DNA of 64,000 nt from an uncultured Conexibacteraceae bacterium. Lineage in GTDB: Bacteria > Actinomycetota > Thermoleophilia > Solirubrobacterales > 70-9. The notes under the pieces were generated by a model that was given only the letters and a program-made list of their open reading frames with translations, did no database searches and had not been told where the DNA came from. The position numbers and the translations under genes are program-made. Shown here one piece after another: positions 1-7,465 of the stretch (position 1 is its first letter; each line of letters begins with the position of its first letter). The stretch spans positions 46,897-110,896 of the forward strand of contig CAYXFL010000001.1 of the NCBI GenBank assembly GCA_964464285.1, written 5' to 3'.

Positions 1-495
1 GCCGCCCGCCCGGCGCACCTGGGGGTGCAGCTTCGACTGGCTGCTGTCGAGCCGGAAGCGGGCGCCGACGGCGACCCGGCGGTCGCGGCCGGCGGCGGCC
101 AGCGGGGCGCGCCCCTTGACCCGGAAGTGGACGAGCTGCACGCGGGCGCGCTTGGCGCCCTTGCGCTTGACGCTGACCCGCAGCAGGTTGGCGCCGTGGC
201 GCAGCCCGTGGTCGGGGGAGACGCGCTGCTTGCGCAGGCGCTTTCGCGGCTGCGACCAGCCGCCGGTCGAGAGCACGCCGTTGAGGCGCACCCGCACGCG
301 GTCGCCGCGCTGGGCGCGGACCGCGACGGTCACCGGGCCCGCTTTGTAGGTGCCGGTGTGCTTGGGGGCGACGACGAGCTTGCCGCGCTTGGCCGCGGGC
401 CGCTCCGGCGCGGCGGCGGAGACGGACGCGGGGAGTGCGACGAGCAGTGCGAGCGCAACCGCGCAGAGCAGCGGCGCCCGCACGTGGACGGGCAT
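1..495 (-). CDS. exported protein, partial (C-terminus beyond window start)
   Basis: Absent from the ORF track because no stop lies in the window. The reverse frame anchored on ATG (complement of 493-495) is open to base 1, with G/C at nearly every third position. The N-terminus MPVHVRAPLLCAVALALLVALPASVSAAAP looks like a Sec signal peptide. Confidence 0.6.
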   Translation of the reverse strand, partial: MPVHVRAPLLCAVALALLVALPASVSAAAPERPAAKRGKLVVAPKHTGTYKAGPVTVAVRAQRGDRVRVRLNGVLSTGGWSQPRKRLRKQRVSPDHGLRHGANLLRVSVKRKGAKRARVQLVHFRVKGRAPLAAAGRDRRVAVGARFRLDSSQSKLHPQVRRAGG

Positions 496-612
496 GGTGC
501 GGAGCGAGCGGAGAATCATCGGCCGGGGAAGCTTCCACACAGGAATTCCTTTCCCTGCCTCGATGGACGCATCTTCGCGCCCGCCGGACGAATTACCGGC
601 CCGGGCTCCCGG

Positions 613-822
613 TCAGACGAAGGGGCGGCGCTGCGGTTCGGCAAGACGGTCGAGCACAGCCTCGAGGTCCTCGGCGACCAGCCCTGTCTCGGGATCGGCG
701 CGGATCTCGACCCGCGTCCCGAAGCCCTTCTCGGCCATCGTCACCTCGACGCCCTCGACCGCGGAGATCAGCTCCGCCAGCTCGGGCTCTGACTTCATCA
801 GCGTCCTCGATGCCTCGATCAT
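613..822 (-). CDS. small acidic hypothetical protein (69 aa)
   Basis: ORF track entry. GC3-rich codons. No family recognised. The start could also be the internal ATG (MKSEPEL...). Confidence 0.45.
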   Translation of the reverse strand: MIEASRTLMKSEPELAELISAVEGVEVTMAEKGFGTRVEIRADPETGLVAEDLEAVLDRLAEPQRRPFV

Positions 823-911
823 CAGCGCCGCTTTCTGCCGCCAGCGCCCCGTTCCTCCCGCAACCTCCAGGTGAAACGGACCGTTCAGGCGCCCCCGGGG
901 GGAGAGAAAGG

Positions 912-963
912 GCGCGCTTCCGACATTGACCCCAGTCAGGTGTGGTCAATGTCGGAAGCGCGC
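912..963. repeat. long hairpin element, copy 1 (20-bp stem, 12-nt loop); core 919-956
   Basis: GCGCGCTTCCGACATTGACC (912-931) pairs perfectly with GGTCAATGTCGGAAGCGCGC (944-963). The 38-nt core 919-956 is the exact reverse complement of 1820-1857. Confidence 0.9.
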
Positions 964-1830
964 TCAGCTCAAACGTGGAGATTGGCAGCGAGTCAGCACG
1001 GGGTGCTGGCGCGGCGGCAGCTCCTGGCGCTGGGGTTCAGCCAGAGCTCAATCGAGCACCGGGTGCGATACGGGCGCCTCCACCCAGTGATGCGTGGGAT
1101 CTACGCGGTCGGCTGGCCGCATCTGCACCGCCAGCGGCGCTGGGCAGCCGCGATCCTGGCCGGAGCGGCGGGCGAGCAGGGTACGCGGTTCCCCACCCAG
1201 CCTTACCTGGGGACAGGCGCCGCGCTCAGCCACCGCAGCGCCGCTGCGCTGTGGGGCATCGGATCGGAGGTGCCCGGGCGAATCGACCTGACTGTCAAGC
1301 GGCGCAACGCCCCAACGCTCGCCGGCCTCCACGTCCGGGCGCGGCCGTCCCTCTCCCCTCTCGCGATCCAGCTTCACGACGACCTCCCCGTCATCAGCCC
1401 CATCCAGACCCTGATCGACCTCGCCACCGAACTCACCCCGATCGAAACCGAGCGCGCCGTCAACGACGCCGACAAGCGCGACCTGATCGACCCCGAGGCG
1501 CTCCGCCTCGCCCTCGGCGATCACGCCGGCGAGCCCGGCGTCCGCCCCCTCCGCGAGATCCTCGACCGCCTCACCTTCCGCCTCTCCGACTCCGACCTGG
1601 AGATCTACTTCCGCCCGATCGCCACTGCCGCCGGCCTCCCCAGCCCGCAGAGCAAACAGTGGGTCAACGGCTTCGAAGTCGACTTCTTCTGGCCCGAGCT
1701 CGGCCTGGTGGTCGAGACCGACGGCCTCCGCTACCACCGCACCCCCTCGGCCCAGAAGCGCGACACCCGCCGCGTCCGCTCCGACCTAGAGCGCGCCGCC
1801 GCGCTGCTCCAGAAGCGCATCCGACATTGA
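949..1830 (+). CDS. DUF559 / Vsr-fold endonuclease-like protein with AbiEi-like N-terminal domain, possibly C-terminally truncated
   Basis: The N-terminus ...HGVLARRQLLALGFSQSSIEHRVRYGRLHPVMRGIYAV resembles the AbiEi_4-type antitoxin-like domain. The C-terminus VDFFWPELGLVVETDGLRYHRTPSAQKRDTRR matches the DUF559 core. The ORF track starts at 871, but I prefer ATG 949. The ATG and the TGA (1828-1830) both lie inside the flanking hairpin repeats. Confidence 0.7.
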   Translation: MSEARSAQTWRLAASQHGVLARRQLLALGFSQSSIEHRVRYGRLHPVMRGIYAVGWPHLHRQRRWAAAILAGAAGEQGTRFPTQPYLGTGAALSHRSAAALWGIGSEVPGRIDLTVKRRNAPTLAGLHVRARPSLSPLAIQLHDDLPVISPIQTLIDLATELTPIETERAVNDADKRDLIDPEALRLALGDHAGEPGVRPLREILDRLTFRLSDSDLEIYFRPIATAAGLPSPQSKQWVNGFEVDFFWPELGLVVETDGLRYHRTPSAQKRDTRRVRSDLERAAALLQKRIRH

Positions 1831-1865
1831 CCACACCTGACTGGGGTCAATGTCGGATGCGCTTC
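1812..1865. repeat. long hairpin element, copy 2 (21-bp stem, 12-nt loop), inverted relative to copy 1; probable bidirectional terminator
   Basis: GAAGCGCATCCGACATTGACC (1812-1832) pairs with GGTCAATGTCGGATGCGCTTC (1845-1865). The loop ACACCTGACTGG is the reverse complement of the copy 1 loop. It sits between the convergent stops at 1830 and 1875. Confidence 0.9.
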
Positions 1866-1874
1866 GGGCGCCGC

Positions 1875-3518
1875 TTAGAAGAACGCGCCGCCCTTGTATT
1901 CGCCGAAGACGTCGCGCATCGCTCCGCAGACCTCGCCGATCGAGGCGTCGGCGGCGAGGGCGGCGCGGATCGGGTGCAGGAGGTTGCCGTCGCCCTGGGC
2001 GACGTCCTTGAGGGCCTGCAGCTTCGCGGTGACGGCGGCCTGGTCGCGGGACTCCTTGAAGGCCTTGAGACGGGCGAGCTGGCGCTGCTCGGCCTCGGGG
2101 TCGACCTTGAGGATGTCGACGTCGTCGACCTGGTCGGTGACGTACTTGTTGACGCCGACGATGATGTCCTGGCCGGAGCGGTAGCGCTCGTGGTAGCTGT
2201 GCGCCGACTCCTCGATCTCGCGCTGCATGAACTCGAGCGCCTCGACCGAGCCGCCGAGCTCTTCGACCTTGTCCATCAGCTCCCAGGCGCGCTCTTCGAT
2301 CTCGTCGGTCAGCGACTCGATGAAGTAGGAGCCGGCGAAGGGGTCGACGGTGTCGGCGACGCCGGACTCGTGGGCCAGCACCTGCTGGGTGCGCAGGGCG
2401 ATCCGGGCGGAGCGCTCGGTCGGCAGGGCGAGCGCCTCGTCGAAGCCGTTGGTGTGCAGCGACTGGGTGCCGCCGGCGACCGCGGCGAAGCCCTGCAGGG
2501 CGACGCGGATGATGTTGACCTCCGGCTGCTGGGCCTGGAGGGTCACCCCGCCGGTCTGCGTGTGGAAGCGGATCTGCTGCGATTTCGGGTTCTCCGCCCC
2601 GAACCGCTCGCCGACGATCTTCGCCCACATCCGCCGCACGGCGCGGAACTTGGCGACCTCCTGGAAGACGTTGTTGTGGCAGTTGAAGAAGAAGGCCAGC
2701 CGGGGCGCGAACTCGTCGATCTTGAGGCCGCGCTCGAGCGCCGCTTCGACGTAGGCGATCGCGTTGGAGAGGGTGAAGGCGACCTCCTGCACGGCCGAGC
2801 AGCCCTTCTCGCGGATGTGGTACCCGGAGATCGAGATCGTGTTCCATTTCGGCACGTTCTCGCGGCAGTACTCGAACAGGTCGGTGGTCAGCCGCATCGT
2901 CGGCACCGGCGGGAAGATGTAGTTGCCGCGCGCCATGTACTCCTTCAGCACGTCGTTCTGGACCGTGCCGCGCAGCTTCTGTGAGGGCACCCCCTGCTCC
3001 TCGCCGACCAGCTCGTAGAGCAGCAGCAGGATCGCGGCGGGCGCGTTGATCGTCATCGAGGTGGAGACGCCGTCGAGCGGGATCTGGTCGAAGCAGATCC
3101 GCATGTCCTCGATCGTGTCGATCGGGACGCCGGTGCGGCCGACCTCGCCGTGGCAGAGCGGATCGTCGGAGTCGCGGCCGAGCTGGGTCGGCAGGTCGAA
3201 GGCCATCGAGAGCCCGGTCGAGCCGTGCTCGATCAGGTAGCGGTAGCGCTCGTTGGTGTCCTCGGGCGAGGCGAAGCCGGCGTACTGGCGCATCGTCCAG
3301 AGCCGGTCCCGGTACATGCCCTCGTGGATCCCGCGCGTGAACGGTGGCGCGCCGGGAACGCCGAGCCGCTCCTCGAGTCCGGGGGCGACGTCGTCGGCGT
3401 CGTAGAGCTGGTCGATCTCGATTCCGGAGTCGGTGAAGACGCGATCGTCGTCGGGACCGACCAGCGGGGCGATCGTGCGGTGCGCCGGCTCGGACGCGGT
3501 GCGGTCAGACGCAGCCAT
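1875..3518 (-). CDS. methylmalonyl-CoA mutase family, catalytic (large) subunit without B12-binding domain
   Basis: Typical acyl-CoA mutase TIM-barrel sequence ([53 protein letters not shown]...). It ends without a DxHxxG cobalamin-binding domain. Start taken at MAASDRT (3518); the ORF extends to 3566. Confidence 0.9.
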   Translation of the reverse strand: MAASDRTASEPAHRTIAPLVGPDDDRVFTDSGIEIDQLYDADDVAPGLEERLGVPGAPPFTRGIHEGMYRDRLWTMRQYAGFASPEDTNERYRYLIEHGSTGLSMAFDLPTQLGRDSDDPLCHGEVGRTGVPIDTIEDMRICFDQIPLDGVSTSMTINAPAAILLLLYELVGEEQGVPSQKLRGTVQNDVLKEYMARGNYIFPPVPTMRLTTDLFEYCRENVPKWNTISISGYHIREKGCSAVQEVAFTLSNAIAYVEAALERGLKIDEFAPRLAFFFNCHNNVFQEVAKFRAVRRMWAKIVGERFGAENPKSQQIRFHTQTGGVTLQAQQPEVNIIRVALQGFAAVAGGTQSLHTNGFDEALALPTERSARIALRTQQVLAHESGVADTVDPFAGSYFIESLTDEIEERAWELMDKVEELGGSVEALEFMQREIEESAHSYHERYRSGQDIIVGVNKYVTDQVDDVDILKVDPEAEQRQLARLKAFKESRDQAAVTAKLQALKDVAQGDGNLLHPIRAALAADASIGEVCGAMRDVFGEYKGGAFF

Positions 3519-3697
3519 CGGCAGCAGGATATTGAGGTTCGACGCCCGGCCGCTTCCCGAGCGCAAAACCGGAACCTTGGCTGGCCAGCCGGGTTGTCAC
3601 TGGTAGCGACCGGGACTACGCTCGGTCGTAATCGACTTTGCCGCGAGTCGCTGAAGCGCTGTTCGCAGGGGGCGGCAAAAAAACGGAGGAACCCCCC

Positions 3698-4927
3698 ATG
3701 ATCGAAGCTCAGCCACGCGCGGCTAGGCGGAGAGTCTTGCCTGCCGGCATACTCGCGGCGGCGCTGATCGCGCTGCTCGCATTCGCCCCCCTCGCTTCCG
3801 CAAGCCCCGACCCGATCGGCAGCGGCAGCACCAAGGTCACCCTCAACAACGGCTGGACCAAATACCTGAACACCTTCGGGATCAAGATCCAGAAGATCGG
3901 CCCGGCGAAAGTGAAAGGCAAGCAGGTGACGATGCCCGTCACCGGCGGCTCACTCGACCCGCTCACCGGGCTCGGCGAAGTCACCCTCGGCGGCGGCCTC
4001 AAGTTCAAGGCCGGAAAGAAGACCGCGCCGGTCAAGGCACTGGTGCTCGACACGAGCAAAAAAGCGCTGTTCGCGAAAGTCGTGAACAAGAAAGTGAAGT
4101 TCGCCAGCATCGCCGGCTGGTCGTTCGCCCGCAACGGCTTCGGCACCAACCTGACGGTGAAAAACCTGAAGCTGACCAACGCGGCCGCCAGCCAGCTGAA
4201 CAAGAAGCTCGGCTACGCGAAGGGCAAGCCGAAGCCGTTCCTCAAGAACAAGGTGATCGGCAAGGCGAACGCGGAAGCGCAGCCGACCACGGTCGCCGTG
4301 ATCCCGAGCGGCAACGCGACCCTGTCGCTGAGCAAAGAGGCGCTCGAAAAACTGGCGAAAGTCGGGCCGACGGTTGAAGCCGCCCCGGGTGTGTTCGTCA
4401 ACCCGTTCGCGGTGAAACTGGCGACGGTCCCGCCGACCACGATCACCAACCCGGGCCCGCCGCCGACCGTGGCGTTCCCGATCTCGGGCGGCACGATGAG
4501 CCCGACCGGGACCTCCGGCGTCCTGCAGACGATCGGCGGCCTCACCCTCACCCAGGACCTGGAAGCGGCCGGGCCCAACGGCGCGGGCCAGACGACCCTG
4601 ACCATGGGCAACATCTGGATCGACCTGGGGACCAAACAGGCCTCGGTCGAAGTGACGATCACCAACCCGAAAACGCCCGCGGCCAACCTCGGGAACCTCG
4701 GGCGGGCCTCGATCGCCGACTTCGTGGTCGGTCCGGTGACGATCGACGCGGCGACCCGCACGGTCAGCGTCGCCAACGCCTCCGCCACCCTGCAGGCGGT
4801 GACCGCGGAGACGCTGAACTCGGTGTTCATCAAACCGATCGAAAACGTCACCAAAGCACCTGACGACGTCCAGTTCGCCGCCGGCGACCCGCTGGGCACC
4901 TTCTCCTTCACCGCCCAGACGCAGTAG
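3698..4927 (+). CDS. exported protein with two internally similar beta-rich halves (HtaA-like is only a guess)
   Basis: A GGAGG lies 8 nt upstream of ATG 3698. Signal peptide LPAGILAAALIALLAFAPLASASP. The remainder is Lys/Thr/Gly-rich. Confidence 0.7.
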   Translation: MIEAQPRAARRRVLPAGILAAALIALLAFAPLASASPDPIGSGSTKVTLNNGWTKYLNTFGIKIQKIGPAKVKGKQVTMPVTGGSLDPLTGLGEVTLGGGLKFKAGKKTAPVKALVLDTSKKALFAKVVNKKVKFASIAGWSFARNGFGTNLTVKNLKLTNAAASQLNKKLGYAKGKPKPFLKNKVIGKANAEAQPTTVAVIPSGNATLSLSKEALEKLAKVGPTVEAAPGVFVNPFAVKLATVPPTTITNPGPPPTVAFPISGGTMSPTGTSGVLQTIGGLTLTQDLEAAGPNGAGQTTLTMGNIWIDLGTKQASVEVTITNPKTPAANLGNLGRASIADFVVGPVTIDAATRTVSVANASATLQAVTAETLNSVFIKPIENVTKAPDDVQFAAGDPLGTFSFTAQTQ

Positions 4928-4954
4928 CTCCGGGCAGCGAAGAGATCCGAAGAG

Positions 4955-4979
4955 GGCGGCCCTGCGGGGCCGCCTTTTT
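4955..4979 (+). terminator. rho-independent terminator
   Basis: GGCGGCCC-TGCG-GGGCCGCC followed by TTTTT, 28 nt after the stop at 4927 and between convergent genes. Confidence 0.8.
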
Positions 4980-5001
4980 CATGCCGCGGACTGGAGGTGG
5001 A

Positions 5002-5949
5002 TCAGTCGGAGGCGCCGACGAGACGCTCGACGCCGCTCTGGTCGATCGTCCGGCGCAGGCCGTCGGAGAGGGCCACGGTCGGTTCCCAGCCGAGCAGGTC
5101 GCGGGCGCGGCCGATGTCGGGGCGGCGCTGCTGCGGGTCGTCGGTGGGCAGCGCCTCGTAGACGATCTCCGAACGTGAGTCGGTCACCTCGATCACCGAC
5201 TTGGCCAGTTCGAGCAGGGTGAACTCGTCCGGGTTGCCGACGTTGACCGGGGTGTGGACGTCGGACTCGGCGAGCGCGACGATGCCGCGGATCAGGTCGT
5301 CGACGTAACAGAAGCTGCGCGTCTGGCTGCCGTCTCCGAACACGGTCAGCGGCCGGTCCTGCAGCGCCTGGCGCAGGAAGGTCGGGATCGCGCGGCCGTC
5401 GTGCGGGCGCATCCGCGGGCCGTAGGTGTTGAAGATGCGGACGATCGCCGTGTCGACCCCCTGCTGGCGGTGGTAGGCCATCGTCAGCGCCTCGGCGTAG
5501 CGCTTCGCCTCGTCATAGACGCCGCGCGGGCCGATCGGGTTCACGTGGCCCCAGTAGTCCTCCTTCTGCGGATGGACCTGGGGGTCGCCGTAGACCTCGC
5601 TGGTCGAGGCGATCAGGAAGCGGGCGCGCTTGAACTTGGCGACGCCGAGCATGTGGTGGGTTCCGTGCGAGCCGACTTTGAGCGTGTGCAGCGGCAGCCG
5701 CAGGTAGTCGATCGGGCTCGCCGGCGAGGCCAGGTGGTAGACGAAGTCGACGTCCTCGGGAACGTCGACGTAGTTGGTGATGTCGACGTGGCGGAAGTCG
5801 AACGCGTCGTCGCGGATGTGGTCGACGTTCTCCAGCGACCCCGTCTCCAGGTTGTCGAGGCAGATCACCCTGTGCCCCTGGCCGAGCAGGTGCTCGCAGA
5901 GGTGGGATCCGAGGAAGCCGGCGCCGCCGGTGACCACGCAAGTGCTCAT
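5002..5949 (-). CDS. uxs: UDP-glucuronate decarboxylase (UDP-xylose synthase)-like SDR
   Basis: [13 protein letters not shown] Rossmann motif, YDEAKR catalytic Yxxx[15 protein letters not shown], and overall UXS-like length. Start at MSTCVV (5949). Confidence 0.8.
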   Translation of the reverse strand: MSTCVVTGGAGFLGSHLCEHLLGQGHRVICLDNLETGSLENVDHIRDDAFDFRHVDITNYVDVPEDVDFVYHLASPASPIDYLRLPLHTLKVGSHGTHHMLGVAKFKRARFLIASTSEVYGDPQVHPQKEDYWGHVNPIGPRGVYDEAKRYAEALTMAYHRQQGVDTAIVRIFNTYGPRMRPHDGRAIPTFLRQALQDRPLTVFGDGSQTRSFCYVDDLIRGIVALAESDVHTPVNVGNPDEFTLLELAKSVIEVTDSRSEIVYEALPTDDPQQRRPDIGRARDLLGWEPTVALSDGLRRTIDQSGVERLVGASD

Positions 5950-6130
5950 CGCGGCCGATGCTATCGGCCCTTGCGGGAAGCGCACGCCTTCGTGCGCTTC
6001 CACCGCTCGCTGCAATTTCCGAACTTTCCGGATCGGTCCGTTCCAGAAAGGGGGGAGAGAACGCCCACCGCTGAGCTTTCGGTGGCATGTTTGCTACAGA
6101 GAGGTTTATTGCCCAGGGAGGGGCACAGCG

Positions 6131-7465
6131 GTGAACGAGGGTTGTGGACAGGGGGAGGGCGCCGGGCCGGCGCTGGAGCTGGACGCCGTGGGGGCGGCGC
6201 AGCCGGAGGGGGCGGAGGCGGCGGCGCGCAAGCGGGCCGCCGTCGAGACCTACTCGCGCCACGAGGAGACGCTGCGCCGCCAGGCGCGCCGCTTCTCGCT
6301 CTGCGCGGACGACGCCGACGACGCGCTGCAGCGGGCGCTTGAGATCCTCCTGCGCAAAGCGCCGACGACCGACGCGCGCGAGCTGATTCGCTGGACGCAG
6401 ACCGTGGTCAAGCACGAGGCGCTGGCGATCCGGCGCGAGCGCGAGCGGCTGCTCGGCGGGCCCGCGGGCGCCGACGGCGAGGAGGTCGACTGGGTCGCGC
6501 TGATCCCGGCCGAGGGCGCCGGCGTCGACGAGCGGGTCGAGCGGCGCGAGGCGATCGCCCGCAGCCGCGAGGCGCTGCAGGCCCTGAAGCCGCAGGAGCT
6601 GCGGGCGCTGAGCCTGCTCGCCGAGGGCTACTCCTACCGGGAGATCGGCGAGATGACCGGGTTCTCGCAGACCAAGATCAACCGCTGCCTGGCCGAGGGG
6701 CGGGAGCGCTTCCGCAGCCTGATTGCCCGCAGCGAGGACGGCAGCCGCTGCGCCGAGCTGCGGCCGCTGCTCTCCGCGTTCTGCGACGGCGAGGCCGGCG
6801 CCGCCGAGGAGCGGGAGCTGCGCGAGCACCTGCGCGCCTGCACCCACTGCCGCGCCACCCTGCGCGCCTACCGGGCGGTCCCGGCCGCGGCCGCGGCGCT
6901 GGCCCCGGCCCTCCCCCTGCACCGTTCCCTGTTCGAGCGCGCCCACGACGCGGCGCTCGGGCTCGCCGCCCGCTTCGGCGGCGGGGGCGGCGACAGCGCG
7001 CTCTCGGGGGTCGCCGCCTCGGGCGGCTCGCGCGGCGCCGGCATGGCGGTGCTGGCGAAGGCGCTCGCGGTCTGTGCCGGGACCGTCGGCGGCGCCGCCG
7101 CCTGCGCGGCGACCGGGGTGATCCCGGCGCCGCTGGCGCTCGACTCCGGCCGCGAGGAGCCGGCGATCGAGCGGCCGGCCAAGCCGCGCTCCGCCGCTGC
7201 GGCCGCGGCGACGGCAAGCGAAGCGCCGGCGGCCCCCTACGAGCCGGAACCGGCGACCGCCGAGCCGCAGCCGACCGCGGCGCCGGCCGAGCAGCGCAAG
7301 CAAGAGGCGCTCGCGCCCTCGCCCGAACCGGCGCCGGAGCCGGCCGCCGCGAGCGGCGCCGTCGAATACACGCCGCCTCCCCCGCCGCCGGTCGCGAGCA
7401 GCCCGGCGCCGAGCTCCGGGGGCGGCGGCTCCGCAGGCGACCCGGCCGGGGAGTTCGGGCCGTGA
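6131..7465 (+). CDS. single-chain ECF sigma factor fused to a ZAS-type anti-sigma domain, one TM helix and a Pro/Ala-rich tail
   Basis: GGGAGGGG precedes GTG 6131. Sigma region 2 (DDADDALQRALEILLRK) and region 4 (LSLLAEGYSYREIGEMTGFSQTKINRCL) are present. They are followed by the HLRACTHC (HxxxCxxC) motif, the TM segment GMAVLAKALAVCAGTVGGAAACAATGVI and a P/A-rich C-terminus. Confidence 0.8.
   Translation: MNEGCGQGEGAGPALELDAVGAAQPEGAEAAARKRAAVETYSRHEETLRRQARRFSLCADDADDALQRALEILLRKAPTTDARELIRWTQTVVKHEALAIRRERERLLGGPAGADGEEVDWVALIPAEGAGVDERVERREAIARSREALQALKPQELRALSLLAEGYSYREIGEMTGFSQTKINRCLAEGRERFRSLIARSEDGSRCAELRPLLSAFCDGEAGAAEERELREHLRACTHCRATLRAYRAVPAAAAALAPALPLHRSLFERAHDAALGLAARFGGGGGDSALSGVAASGGSRGAGMAVLAKALAVCAGTVGGAAACAATGVIPAPLALDSGREEPAIERPAKPRSAAAAAATASEAPAAPYEPEPATAEPQPTAAPAEQRKQEALAPSPEPAPEPAAASGAVEYTPPPPPPVASSPAPSSGGGGSAGDPAGEFGP

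Noticed and set aside
25-929. Several overlapping plus-strand ORFs (25-792, 116-349, 350-874, 435-929) at the window start
   Set aside because: Their translations are low-complexity. The minus-strand frame ending at ATG 495 has the GC3 signature and a signal peptide, and 613-822 (minus) is the better candidate further on.
3594-3622. TTGTCACTG ... TACGCT, resembling the PafBC/RecA-NDp promoter motif (TGTCRGTG-N8-TAnnnT), upstream of the exported protein gene
   Set aside because: The spacing is 14 nt instead of about 8, and the downstream gene has no link to DNA damage. It is probably a chance match.
5976-6001. Perfect 10-bp stem hairpin GGAAGCGCAC-GCCTTC-GTGCGCTTCC in the divergent uxs/sigma intergenic region
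   Set aside because: The structure is real, but it sits between two divergent starts where a terminator makes no sense. There is no T-tract and no second copy in the window, so I can assign no function.
6021-6042. GAAC-N14-CGTT as an ECF-type autoregulatory promoter upstream of the sigma fusion
   Set aside because: The spacer is shorter than the 16-17 nt typical of ECF promoters. It cannot be supported without conservation data.
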